Positions 26,559 through 35,988 of a stretch of 64,000 bases of DNA are shown in pieces. A program made the position numbers and the translations under genes. Numbering within the stretch: the first letter of the stretch is position 1; each line of letters starts with the position of its first letter. A model generated the notes under the pieces. That model was not told where the DNA came from, ran no database searches, and worked only from the letters and a program-made list of their open reading frames with translations. Origin of the DNA: Candidatus Aenigmatarchaeota archaeon (GTDB lineage: Archaea > Aenigmatarchaeota > Aenigmatarchaeia > CG10238-14 > SCSR01); NCBI GenBank assembly GCA_038998335.1, contig JAVZHQ010000001.1, positions 140,455-204,454 on the forward strand, written 5' to 3'.

Positions 26559-27707
26559 ATGGAAAGTATTGTTCAAAGCGCTTTGAAGAGAACATTCGGA
26601 GAGGACTCTCCAACAACAAGATTTAAATTAGAATCAACTTCTGGAGCTACGTTTTCCAGCGTTGATTATTATAAACTAGCAGAGCAGGAATTTGGATTTT
26701 CAGTTAAAAAAGCAAAGATTGTTGTAGTAGGATGTGGAGGAGCAGGTCAAAATGCTGTGACAAGATTAACAGAAATGGGAATAGAAGGAGCAACAACTGT
26801 TTCTTTAAACTCAGACGCAAAACACTTAGCAGTAGGAAAAGCTGACAAGAAAATTTTGATAGGAAAAGAATTAACAAAAGGTTTAGGTTGTGGTGGTTAT
26901 CCAGAAATTGGAAGAAAGTGTGCAGAAGAATCAAGAAACGAAATTAAAGAAGCTTTGGAAGGAGCTGACTTAGTTTTTGCCATAGCAGGATTAGGAAAAG
27001 GAACAGGCACAGGTAGCATACCAGTAGTTTGCGAGATTGCTAAAAGTATGGGAGCAATCGTAATAGCAGTAGTTACCATGCCTTTCAAGCTTGAGGGAGC
27101 AAGGATTTCAAAAGCAGAACAAGGTTTAGCTGCTCTTAGGCAAGTTACAGATACTGTTATAGTAATAGAAAACGATAAACTTTTGAAGTATGCTGGTAAC
27201 TTATCCATACAACAAGCATTTGCAGTAGCTGATGAGCTAATAGCAAGCATGGTTAAAGGAATAACTGAAACTATTACTCTACCAAGCTTGGTGAACTTAG
27301 ATTATGCAGACGTTAAAGCAGTAATGCACACAGGAGGAGTTGCTGCAATAGGTGTTGGTGAAAGTAACAGCTCAGACAGAGCAAGAGACGCTATAACAAA
27401 AGCTTTGCTCAATCCTTTGTTAGAGGTTGATTACACAGGAGCAACAGGAGCTTTGATTCACATAACAGGTGGGCCAGACCTTAAGCTAGAAGAAGTAAAC
27501 ATGATAGGAGAAACTGTTTCTCAACACTTAGACCCAAGCGCCCAAGTCTTCTGGGGAGCTAGAATTTTGCCAGAGTTTGAAGGAAAAGTTCAGGTAATTG
27601 CAATAATAACAGGAGTTAAGTCGCCCTACATCTTAGGTCCAGTAACTTATGAGAGGCCTGTAGTTAAGGAAATCAGCGAGACCTTGGGAATTGATATAAT
27701 TAGATAA
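26559..27707 (+). CDS. ftsZ: Cell division protein FtsZ
   Basis: VGCGGAG.N, GLGKGTGTG, PF..EG.R, NLDYADV; GGGAGG RBS before ATG 26559. Confidence 0.95.
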   Translation: MESIVQSALKRTFGEDSPTTRFKLESTSGATFSSVDYYKLAEQEFGFSVKKAKIVVVGCGGAGQNAVTRLTEMGIEGATTVSLNSDAKHLAVGKADKKILIGKELTKGLGCGGYPEIGRKCAEESRNEIKEALEGADLVFAIAGLGKGTGTGSIPVVCEIAKSMGAIVIAVVTMPFKLEGARISKAEQGLAALRQVTDTVIVIENDKLLKYAGNLSIQQAFAVADELIASMVKGITETITLPSLVNLDYADVKAVMHTGGVAAIGVGESNSSDRARDAITKALLNPLLEVDYTGATGALIHITGGPDLKLEEVNMIGETVSQHLDPSAQVFWGARILPEFEGKVQVIAIITGVKSPYILGPVTYERPVVKEISETLGIDIIR

Positions 27708-27728
27708 AATGCACCTTTTTGGTGCATT
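27708..27728 (+). terminator. Hairpin after ftsZ
   Basis: AATGCACC-TTTTT-GGTGCATT 8-bp stem. Confidence 0.5.
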
Positions 27729-27744
27729 AAAAAGGGGCGATGGT

Positions 27745-27816
27745 ATGGACGAGGATATACCAGACCCATTAGAAGATGCCGACTGGGATGAGGAAGAGGA
27801 AGAAGAGTTTTGGTGA
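27745..27816 (+). CDS. Possible acidic micropeptide (23 aa)
   Basis: MDEDIPDPLEDADWDEEEEEEFW*, GGGGCGA RBS-like element upstream, T-rich tract downstream. Confidence 0.45.
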   Translation: MDEDIPDPLEDADWDEEEEEEFW

Positions 27817-27843
27817 TTCTTTCTTTTTCTTCTTTTTATTTTT

Positions 27844-28110
27844 TCAAACCCACTTGATTAAACCAGACTTCTGTAATTTCTCTAAAATTCCAAGAACAGC
27901 AGCTTTTACTATATCTCTATTTCCATTAACAGAAAAAACATCAACTATTTGCTCTATATCAGATTTTCCATCGCATTGAATCCAAACAAGAAAGGCTATA
28001 GGGTCAAGAGTATAGGTTTCATTCGTGTCTTTATCAAGAAGAAGATAAACATCCCCAGCTTTACTCCAGATTAACTCTTTTGTTCTTTGTGGTTTCTTTC
28101 CTTCGTTCAT
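27844..28110 (-). CDS. PqqD-family protein
   Basis: YTLDPIAFLVWIQCDGK...IV...LEKLQKSGLI. Confidence 0.8.
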   Translation of the reverse strand: MNEGKKPQRTKELIWSKAGDVYLLLDKDTNETYTLDPIAFLVWIQCDGKSDIEQIVDVFSVNGNRDIVKAAVLGILEKLQKSGLIKWV

Positions 28111-28403
28111 ACTGCTCCAGTTTCAGCCATTTCTCCTTCTTCGCTGACTTCTGGTGTTTGAATATGCTTGATGATTACTATATCGCCAACTGCTTGAACC
28201 ATGTTATAAGGCACTACAAGACCTTTCTTACTTCCTACTAACTTTCCTAGGAATGACTCTTTCGCTGCTTCTATCACTAAAGCTCTAACTTTGAACCTTG
28301 AAAGGTCAAGCTCAACGTCTGAAACCTTTCCACAATAGAAACCTTTCCCAGTGAAAACATCTTTTCCAAACATCTCTTGAATATCTTTAACTGTTATAGG
28401 CAT
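28107..28403 (-). CDS. PRC-barrel protein (CdpB-like)
   Basis: GKDVFTGKG.YCGKVSDV, VPYNMVQAVGDIVII. Confidence 0.88.
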   Translation of the reverse strand: MPITVKDIQEMFGKDVFTGKGFYCGKVSDVELDLSRFKVRALVIEAAKESFLGKLVGSKKGLVVPYNMVQAVGDIVIIKHIQTPEVSEEGEMAETGAV

Positions 28404-28516
28404 TTTTACTCCTCCTTATAAAATTTGTATTTAAAATAATATAAGGATTCTTATTTTTAAAAAGCTTAAACAAATTTAAAGCTCTAAATAAAAAATTAAA
28501 TTGGTTACGTAGCTAG

Positions 28517-28602
28517 GCCCGGGTCGCACAACCTGGTAGTGCACTAGCCTGCTAAGCTAGGGAGCCTTTTGGCTCTTGCGGGTTCAAATCCCGCCCCGGG
28601 CG
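28517..28602 (+). tRNA. tRNA-Ser(GCT)
   Basis: CTAGC-CTGCTAA-GCTAG, long variable arm. Confidence 0.95.
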
Positions 28603-28641
28603 TTACAACTTTATAATTTTTCTAATCAATAAAAATTTTAA

Positions 28642-29466
28642 ATGATAGATTATCATCTTCACACAGATTATACCCAAGACGCGAAAGGTAAAGTTGAAGA
28701 TTACTGTAAAGTTGCTAAAGAAAGAAATCTTAAGGAAATTGCTTTTGCCAATCATTTCAACATAATTAAACTTAACTTGCCTGGAGAAAGCATACTTCCT
28801 CAGCAAATACCAGAACATTTTCAAAATATAGAAAAAGCAAGGAAAGAGTTTGGACTTAAAATAAAATTTGGTCTAGAAGTTGATTATTGGAGTTCTGAAC
28901 ATGGAAGAATAGAAAAAGTTTTGAAAGAACATGAGTTTGATTTTCTTTTAGGTTCTGTTCATTATGTTGGGAATATTTTAATAGCTGGAAAGCTTGAAGA
29001 CTCTATTGGTTTTTTTAAGAACAAGAGCTTACAAGAAGCTTATAGGATATACTTCGATAGGGTTATCGAAACTGTAGAAAGCAATCTTTTTGATGTTTTA
29101 GCTCATCCCGATTACATAAGAAAAAATGCAAAAAAATTTTTTGGTAAAGAATTGCCTTTTGAAAAATACAGAAAGCTTGTAGAAAAAGTAATAGAAGCTC
29201 TACTTACTAACGATACAGGAATTGAAATTAATACTTCTGGATTTTTTCACGGAATTAACGATTTCTTTCCAAGTTATGAATTTCTTAAACTTTGTTTAGA
29301 GTCTGGTGTGAAAGTTGTGACAGTAGGCTCAGATGCCCATTTGCCAGAAAGGGTTGGTGATAGGATAAAAGAAGCTTTGGAAAGGTTGAAAGAAATTGGG
29401 TTTAGAAAAATTTATTATTATGATAAAAGGAAGAAGAAAGGAATGCTGATAAAAAATCTTGTTTAA
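28642..29466 (+). CDS. PHP-family histidinol-phosphatase-like hydrolase
   Basis: DYHLHT, GLEVD, GSVH, LAHPD, EINTSG, GSDAH. Confidence 0.9.
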   Translation: MIDYHLHTDYTQDAKGKVEDYCKVAKERNLKEIAFANHFNIIKLNLPGESILPQQIPEHFQNIEKARKEFGLKIKFGLEVDYWSSEHGRIEKVLKEHEFDFLLGSVHYVGNILIAGKLEDSIGFFKNKSLQEAYRIYFDRVIETVESNLFDVLAHPDYIRKNAKKFFGKELPFEKYRKLVEKVIEALLTNDTGIEINTSGFFHGINDFFPSYEFLKLCLESGVKVVTVGSDAHLPERVGDRIKEALERLKEIGFRKIYYYDKRKKKGMLIKNLV

Positions 29467-29524
29467 ATTTGTTATAGAAATTTTTTTAAAGAATTAGTAA
29501 TTAATGAATAATTAATAGATATAT

Positions 29525-29595
29525 GGGCCCGTAGTCTAACGGTAGGACGTCGCCCTGACGCGGCGAAGAAAGGAGTTCAATTCTCCTCGGGCCCA
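29525..29595 (+). tRNA. tRNA-Val(GAC)
   Basis: TCGCC-CTGACGC-GGCGA anticodon arm. Confidence 0.93.
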
Positions 29596-29604
29596 TGTGA
29601 AAAA

Positions 29605-29955
29605 ATGGATTTAAAGGAAATAGCAAAGTTCCAAAGAGAATTTGATAAAAAGCATGGGTGGGATTGGTCCAAATCTTCAAAAGAAGAAAAAATTAAACAT
29701 TTGCAATATGCTACAATAGCTTTAGCAGGCGAAGTTGGAGAATTTGCAAATACTGTTAAAAAAATTTTGAGAGAGTTCAATTTCTCAAGAGAAATTCCGA
29801 AAGGAGAATATGAAAAATTAAAAGAAGAGATAATAGATGTTTTTGTCTACTTCATTAAAATTGCAGACCAACTTTTAGAGTTAGATGTGGAAAAAGAATA
29901 CTTGAAAAAAATGGAAAAAAATGAGAAAAGATTCGCAAAGTTTAAAAGTAAATGA
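29605..29955 (+). CDS. MazG-like nucleotide pyrophosphohydrolase
   Basis: GEVGEFAN..KK, EEIIDVF. Confidence 0.85.
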   Translation: MDLKEIAKFQREFDKKHGWDWSKSSKEEKIKHLQYATIALAGEVGEFANTVKKILREFNFSREIPKGEYEKLKEEIIDVFVYFIKIADQLLELDVEKEYLKKMEKNEKRFAKFKSK

Positions 29956-29983
29956 ATTTTTAAGCTTAAAACAAAATATAATT

Positions 29984-30418
29984 ATGGGAATTAATTTAGC
30001 AGTGGATGCGATAGTTGAAAAAGGGAACAAAATTCTTTTGATAACAAGGGCTTCAGAGCCTTTTGAAGGGATGCTTGCTCTTCCTGGCGGATTTGTTGAA
30101 GAAGGAGAAAAAGTTGAACAAGCTTTGATAAGAGAGGTTGAGGAAGAAACTTCTATTGTGATTAAGCCGAAAGAGATTTTGGGAGTTTATTCAGACCCAG
30201 AAAGAGATCCTAGAGGACATACAGTTTCAATAGTTTTTGTTGCTGAAGTTGCTGGTGGTGAGCTAGAAGCTGGAGGAGACGCCGAAGATGCAGATTGGTA
30301 CGAGCTCAAAAAAATAAACTTGAAAAAGCTTGCTTTCGATCATGCACGAATCCTTAAAGATTATAGCAAATGGCTAAAGAAGAAAAGAACTTTTTGGTCA
30401 AGCCTTGAGGTTAAGTAA
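29984..30418 (+). CDS. NUDIX hydrolase (ADP-ribose pyrophosphatase-like)
   Basis: PGG..E.GE....A.REV.EET Nudix box, RDPRGH, LAFDH. Confidence 0.93.
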   Translation: MGINLAVDAIVEKGNKILLITRASEPFEGMLALPGGFVEEGEKVEQALIREVEEETSIVIKPKEILGVYSDPERDPRGHTVSIVFVAEVAGGELEAGGDAEDADWYELKKINLKKLAFDHARILKDYSKWLKKKRTFWSSLEVK

Positions 30419-31042
30419 TTTCTCAATTTTTTCCGCTATAATTTCTGTGCATTTTTCCGCTACCTCTAAAGGTTCGCTATCCGCTTTAACATATTCAACG
30501 TTAAACTTTTTAACTAAATCTTCTGGAAGGTTATAGTAAACTTCTGCTTGTTTTTCAAGATAGTTTGCTTCTTCAAAAAAGTCAAACAACCTTTTACTTA
30601 AGTATTTTCTATTTTTAAGTTCTTCAACTGGAACTTTAAGGATTAAAGTTAGAATAGGCATGTTTTTATCAAACTTATTTATTTCGTCTAGCCAGGAAAA
30701 GTCGACTTTCCCTAGAATTCCTTGGTAAATGTAAGTAGTGAGTAAAGATCTTTCCTGAATAACAAGAAATTTTTCTTTTAATTCTTCCAGAGGCTTTATC
30801 GAATTCAAATAATGAAACAAATGGTCTGCTGCATAAACCAAAGCAAAAACTTCTTGAGCAGGAGTCTCTTTCATACTTCTTAAAATATCTGTAAACGCTC
30901 CGGTAACAAAACTTGTTGGCAGTTCGGTTCTTTTTATCTTAAGGTGTTTATACTTTTTTCTTAGCAGTTCCGTTACTATGTTTGCTATCGTTGTCTTTCC
31001 ACAAAAGTCTGGGCCGTCTATACTTACAACAAAAACTGCCAT
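30398..31042 (-). CDS. tmk: Thymidylate kinase
   Basis: DGPDFCGKTT, ERS...YQG. Confidence 0.85.
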   Translation of the reverse strand: MAVFVVSIDGPDFCGKTTIANIVTELLRKKYKHLKIKRTELPTSFVTGAFTDILRSMKETPAQEVFALVYAADHLFHYLNSIKPLEELKEKFLVIQERSLLTTYIYQGILGKVDFSWLDEINKFDKNMPILTLILKVPVEELKNRKYLSKRLFDFFEEANYLEKQAEVYYNLPEDLVKKFNVEYVKADSEPLEVAEKCTEIIAEKIEKLLNLKA

Positions 31043-31073
31043 AATTTCTTTAAAGCTTACAATAAATAAATTT

Positions 31074-31478
31074 TTATTCTTTTATCTCGTTTTCTATCAC
31101 ACTGAGCCTTAGAATTATGTAAACTATTAAAGTTGCTATACTAGCTAGTAAATAATAACCTACACCTACAGCTATTCCTATCGAAGCAACAACCCATAAA
31201 GAGGCTGCTGTGGTTAGGCCAATAACTTTTTCTTTGAACTGAAAGATTGTGCCACCACCAATAAACCCTATTCCAACTATGATGTAAGCTGCCATTCTTG
31301 AAGTGTCAGCGTTTGGAAATGCTGTTAAAGACATTATTGTTAAAAGGGTTGAACCTAAACAAATTAACATATGAGTTCTTAAACCTGCAGGTTTTGCCCT
31401 TATTTGTCTTTCATAGCCAATCAAACTACCAAGAAAAACAGAAAGAAGCAGTTTAAGTACCATTTCAACTTCTTCCAT
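31074..31478 (-). CDS. MgtC/SapB family membrane protein
   Basis: IGYERQ...PAGLRTH, GIGFIGGG, GLTTAASLW. Confidence 0.92.
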   Translation of the reverse strand: MEEVEMVLKLLLSVFLGSLIGYERQIRAKPAGLRTHMLICLGSTLLTIMSLTAFPNADTSRMAAYIIVGIGFIGGGTIFQFKEKVIGLTTAASLWVVASIGIAVGVGYYLLASIATLIVYIILRLSVIENEIKE

Positions 31479-31509
31479 AATTTAATTTAATAAAACTGAA
31501 TATTTATCT

Positions 31510-34308
31510 TTAAACACTCCAGTATCTTCTAGTTTTTAAGTAGTTTCTTTCTGCTTCAAGTATGCTTTTGAAAAGCTCCTCTTCATTCTTATGAAACTTT
31601 GACAAGATCTTTATAGTAGTATCTGGGCCTATGCCTTTACCTGCTAAACAATAAGCTGCTTTTTTTCCATAAGTTAAAAATAAGTCTGCACTCTTTCTTA
31701 TCCTTTCAAACTTCTTTTTTTCTTCTTCTGTTAATCCTAAGTTCCTTAACCTTTTCTTCGCTATTTTTAATGCTTGCTGATCATTAGGTTTAGTAATTCC
31801 CAGCAAGCGAGCATCACATCTTTTGCATTTCAAATTTTCTGGCAAATCTTTTAAAACAAAAGTTTGGTTCCATTCGCAACAATTCAAACAGATGAATTTA
31901 AGCTTTGTAGCCAAAAGTCTTTGTTTGAAAAGTTTAAAAATTTCTGGTTCAGGTCTTGAAGGACCAAGAACTTCTAAGTATTTGTGCCTAAGCCCAACTT
32001 TTCCTAAAAAAGACAAGCCTGGCTTAAAAACAACTTTTATTTCTCCATTTTGAATCTTTTTAAGCACTTCCTTACTTCTTTCTATGTCAAGCTTTTCCAC
32101 TTCCAATTCCTTCAAAGTTTCCTTGAAAATTGGCGTACCAATATAACTTTCAATTATTCTTTTTATAGTTGTTTTCCCATAATCTGCATCTTTTGCTATA
32201 GAGCCGAATCTTTTTGCAACATGCACAAACTTCCATTCAAACAACTCGCTTTTACTCGAGCTTATTTCTAGGTAATTTCTTAAAAGTTCTGGGTTTGTGT
32301 TAAAAAGTATCTCTTTGATTAATTCAAGATTTTTATTCTGAAGCTGAAGAATTATTCTATAGGCATCAGTTTTTAAACCTACTGAACCAATTCTTGGAGT
32401 TAAAAGTGCAGAAATGAATCTACCAAGAGTTTCGTTTACTAAAGAACCAAAACAAGAATGAATAATTATTGTGTTTTCATAATCCTCAACAACGATAGTT
32501 TTGTCATCAGGAATTACACCATAACTTAACTGTTTTTTTATAGTCTCAATCATCTTCCTTGCACAATTTTTTTCTATCGGATAAAGTTCTAGCAATTTTT
32601 TTGTTGTTTCTTCTTCGTCTTCTTCAAGCAAGCTAGCAATTAAGCTTCTTAATCTTCCAACCTCTTGAGAAACTTCAAAAGGAACAGGTATTAATTCTCC
32701 TTCCCATGCTGGTATAGCAGCCTCTATATCAAGAGTTGGTTCAACTATTATCTTATCTTCCTTTACATCCAAAACTCTCCAGGCCTCACCCTTAACTATA
32801 AAGCTACTTCCTATTCCAGCATGTAAAGCAACAAACTCCTCGTCTAAAACCCCAACAAAACTATTATCTAAAGAATTAAAAATTTTGAATTGCTTAACGT
32901 CAGGAATTGTTGAAAGTTGGTTAAAATAATACTCAAAACCCCTTCTTCTCTTTTTTATTTCTTTATCCAGGAATATTAGGCCTAGTTGCTGAAGTTGTTT
33001 ACAAACTTCTAAAAATTCTGTATAACTTAAATTTCTGTAAGGATAAGCTCTTTTAACTATTTCATAGGCCTTTTCAACGCTTATTCTCCAAAAATCATGA
33101 GTGAGGCCAACTATCTGATGAGCTAAAACATCATAGGAATTTTCATGAAATCTCAATTCTTCCAACTCTTCTTTCAAAGCTTTTCTTGCTATTACTGCAG
33201 ACTCAAAAATATCATCTTCGTCAGTTGAAATTATTATACCTTTAGCCACTCTTTCAACTTCATGCCCACTTCTTCCAACTCTTTGAATTAATTGTGTTAC
33301 TTGCCTAGGACTCATATACTGAAGAACTAAATCCACGCTACCTACATCTATTCCAAGTTGTAAAGAACTTGTTGAAACTATTGATTTTATTTTTTCCTGT
33401 TTAAATTCTTTCTCAGTTTTGATTCTAATCTCTTTACTTAAGCTTGAGTGATGCACACCAACAGGAAAGTTTTTATCTATGGCTTTTATTCTTGATGCTA
33501 AAATTTCAGCAAACTCTCTTGTGTTAGTAAATGTTAAAACTGAACGAGATCTTTTAATCATTTCCATTATAAACCTAAGCCTTGCAGCAGTTTCTGGAGA
33601 AGCGAATATTTTTTCGCTTATTTTCTTATCTATACGCTCAGGTCTAGGATGAAACACTTTTATTTTCATTCCTTTTGGAAAAGTTGCTTTTATTATTTCT
33701 ATTGGCCTGTTAGGTGATATGAACTTTGCAACTTTTTCTGGTGAACCTACGGTTGCACTTAATCCTATAACCTGAAACTCTTTACAAATTTCTCTCAATC
33801 TTTCTAGGGCTAAACTCAATTGCGTTCCTCTTTTTGAGTCAACTATTTCATGCACTTCATCTATTACTACCCATTTCACGTTGCTCAAATGTTCCCTTAT
33901 CTTCTTTCCAGGCAAAATTGCTTGTAAAGTTTCTGGGGTTGTGATAAGTAAAGAAGGAGGGAACTCTACTTGCAACTTTCTTTCGTAAGCGCTTGTATCT
34001 CCATGTCTCACAGAAGCTTCTATTCCAATTTCATTACACCACCATAAAAGCCTTTCCAGAAGGTCTCGGTTAAGGGCTTTAAGAGGAGTAATGTAAAGAA
34101 TACTTATAGGCTTAGGCTTTTGTTCTATAAGAAAATGAAATAAAGGAAGCATACAACTTTCAGTTTTTCCTGTGCCTGTTGGAGCAATAACTAAAACATT
34201 CTTTCCTTCTAAAATAGGTGGAATTGCAAGTTTTTGCGGTAAAGTTGGTTGTTTAAACCTTTTTTCTATAATTTTTCTTAGTTGAGGGTTAAGTAGCTCA
34301 AATACCAT
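31510..34308 (-). CDS. Lhr-like SF2 helicase
   Basis: APTGTGKT, DEVH, SAT, QRVGRSGH, C-terminal Zn finger. Confidence 0.93.
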   Translation of the reverse strand: MVFELLNPQLRKIIEKRFKQPTLPQKLAIPPILEGKNVLVIAPTGTGKTESCMLPLFHFLIEQKPKPISILYITPLKALNRDLLERLLWWCNEIGIEASVRHGDTSAYERKLQVEFPPSLLITTPETLQAILPGKKIREHLSNVKWVVIDEVHEIVDSKRGTQLSLALERLREICKEFQVIGLSATVGSPEKVAKFISPNRPIEIIKATFPKGMKIKVFHPRPERIDKKISEKIFASPETAARLRFIMEMIKRSRSVLTFTNTREFAEILASRIKAIDKNFPVGVHHSSLSKEIRIKTEKEFKQEKIKSIVSTSSLQLGIDVGSVDLVLQYMSPRQVTQLIQRVGRSGHEVERVAKGIIISTDEDDIFESAVIARKALKEELEELRFHENSYDVLAHQIVGLTHDFWRISVEKAYEIVKRAYPYRNLSYTEFLEVCKQLQQLGLIFLDKEIKKRRRGFEYYFNQLSTIPDVKQFKIFNSLDNSFVGVLDEEFVALHAGIGSSFIVKGEAWRVLDVKEDKIIVEPTLDIEAAIPAWEGELIPVPFEVSQEVGRLRSLIASLLEEDEEETTKKLLELYPIEKNCARKMIETIKKQLSYGVIPDDKTIVVEDYENTIIIHSCFGSLVNETLGRFISALLTPRIGSVGLKTDAYRIILQLQNKNLELIKEILFNTNPELLRNYLEISSSKSELFEWKFVHVAKRFGSIAKDADYGKTTIKRIIESYIGTPIFKETLKELEVEKLDIERSKEVLKKIQNGEIKVVFKPGLSFLGKVGLRHKYLEVLGPSRPEPEIFKLFKQRLLATKLKFICLNCCEWNQTFVLKDLPENLKCKRCDARLLGITKPNDQQALKIAKKRLRNLGLTEEEKKKFERIRKSADLFLTYGKKAAYCLAGKGIGPDTTIKILSKFHKNEEELFKSILEAERNYLKTRRYWSV

Positions 34309-34435
34309 AATTACCCACTGAACAATTCTGGAGAATATAATATAAATTTACTTTGTATAAAAAACAATAAAATAAACCTTGTTCTTAAACTTTTTTATCG
34401 AAAGGCTTAAAAACCTTTAAATCCAAATTCAAGGA

Positions 34436-34726
34436 ATGCTTTATTTTAAAAAAAGTCTTGAAAAAGATGGAAAAGAAAGGCATAGAGGAGAATTTGAAAT
34501 AATAGCAGATATTCTATCTCTTACTTCAAAACCAATAAACAAAACACAAATAATGTACAAAGCCAACTTAAGCTTTTTACAGCTTGAACGTTACCTTAAA
34601 AAAGTTTTGAGTTGTGGCTTAGTTGAGCAGAAAAATTCACCCATAACCTATAAAATAACAGAAAAAGGAAAAAAGTTTCTTGAGATTTATTCTCAAATTA
34701 TGCAAATTTTATATTCTGAACAATAA
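34436..34726 (+). CDS. Winged-helix regulator (HTH_45-like)
   Basis: EIIADIL, KTQIMYKANLS, YKITEKG. Confidence 0.85.
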   Translation: MLYFKKSLEKDGKERHRGEFEIIADILSLTSKPINKTQIMYKANLSFLQLERYLKKVLSCGLVEQKNSPITYKITEKGKKFLEIYSQIMQILYSEQ

Positions 34727-34734
34727 TTATTCTT

Positions 34735-35352
34735 GTGAGTAATGTTGAAAGGATAGTAAAAATACTGAATGAAAAGTATAAAGTTAAGCCTTGGAAAGAA
34801 AAACCTTTTAAGCTTCTTATCGGTACAATTCTTTCCCAAAGAACTAGAGACGAGAAAACTTCTCAAGCCTGGAAAAGGCTTTTTTCTAAAGCAAATACTC
34901 CAGAAAAAATTTTGAATTTGAGCGAAAAAGAAATTCAAAGCTTAATTAAAGATGTAGGTTTTTATAGACAAAAAGCAAAAAGAATCAAAAAAATTTCTCA
35001 AATAATCTTGCAAGAATATAAGGGTAAAGTTCCTTCTTCTAGAGAAGAGCTAATTAAGCTTCCTGGAGTTGGACCAAAAACTGCTGATGTTGTTCTTTCC
35101 TATTCTTTTGGTAAGCCTGTAATTGCTGTCGATACACATGTAGCTACAATCTCAAAAAGATTAGGGTGGACAAAAAACAACGAACCAGAAAAAATTAGAG
35201 AAGATTTGCATAAAATTGTTCCAAAAAAGTATAGATTAATAATAAATATTCTTTTTGTCGAGTTTGGTAAAGACATTTGCAAGGCAAAACCAAAATGTTA
35301 TGCTTGTCCAATTATAAAGTTTTGTAAATTTACTAGAAAAATTACAACTTAA
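34735..35352 (+). CDS. nth: Endonuclease III
   Basis: ILSQRT, LPGVGPKTA, VDTHV, C..KPKC..CP...C. Confidence 0.95.
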   Translation: MSNVERIVKILNEKYKVKPWKEKPFKLLIGTILSQRTRDEKTSQAWKRLFSKANTPEKILNLSEKEIQSLIKDVGFYRQKAKRIKKISQIILQEYKGKVPSSREELIKLPGVGPKTADVVLSYSFGKPVIAVDTHVATISKRLGWTKNNEPEKIREDLHKIVPKKYRLIINILFVEFGKDICKAKPKCYACPIIKFCKFTRKITT

Positions 35353-35396
35353 AGTGGTAAAAAAATTTTATCCATAGTTTTTTTCAGAAAATAATT

Positions 35397-35801
35397 ATGA
35401 AAAAAGCAATCTTAGTTTTGGTTTTTGTTCTCTTGGTGCCAGTGGCCTATTCCCTTAAAGTAAGCATAAAAGAGGGTGAAGTAGCAGAAATAGGAAGCAA
35501 TGAGTTTTTAGTTTCTTTTGGAATGATAAGAGGAAGTATAAACTTTAAACTTGGAGAGTACAAATGGTCTACAAGAGAAATATGGTTAGTCCCAGAAGGA
35601 ACTTTACCAAGCTATTTTAAATCAACAGGTAATTACTTAGAAATTCCAGAGAACATTACTTTTAGCACTTGTAAAACTTCTGTGTATTACAATGAAACTT
35701 TAGGCTATGCATTCAAGATACTTCCTTCCCAAATACAAGAAAACGGAAGCTTCTGCGGCTTAGCTTATGCTGGAAGCTACGATATTATAGCAAAGTTCTA
35801 G
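35397..35801 (+). CDS. Secreted hypothetical protein
   Basis: N-terminal signal peptide. Confidence 0.7.
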   Translation: MKKAILVLVFVLLVPVAYSLKVSIKEGEVAEIGSNEFLVSFGMIRGSINFKLGEYKWSTREIWLVPEGTLPSYFKSTGNYLEIPENITFSTCKTSVYYNETLGYAFKILPSQIQENGSFCGLAYAGSYDIIAKF

Positions 35802-35808
35802 TGGTAAC

Positions 35809-35988
35809 ATGAAACTCTTGCTCGTAATTTTGTTTGTTTTTCTTTTTTTACTAATACTACACTTTTTTTCTTCTCACACTGCCCTTTTCCCAAAAATTTC
35901 TCCAAACCAAAGAGAAAATTTTTATTTTATTGGAAAAGTTAAGATAGAAGAAGGAAAAATAGCAAGTGTAAATGTTTCAGTTTATTAA
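35809..35988 (+). CDS. Small membrane-anchored protein (59 aa, not in ORF track)
   Basis: MKLLLVILFVFLFLLILHFF...GKVKIEEGKIASVNVSVY*. Confidence 0.5.
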   Translation: MKLLLVILFVFLFLLILHFFSSHTALFPKISPNQRENFYFIGKVKIEEGKIASVNVSVY

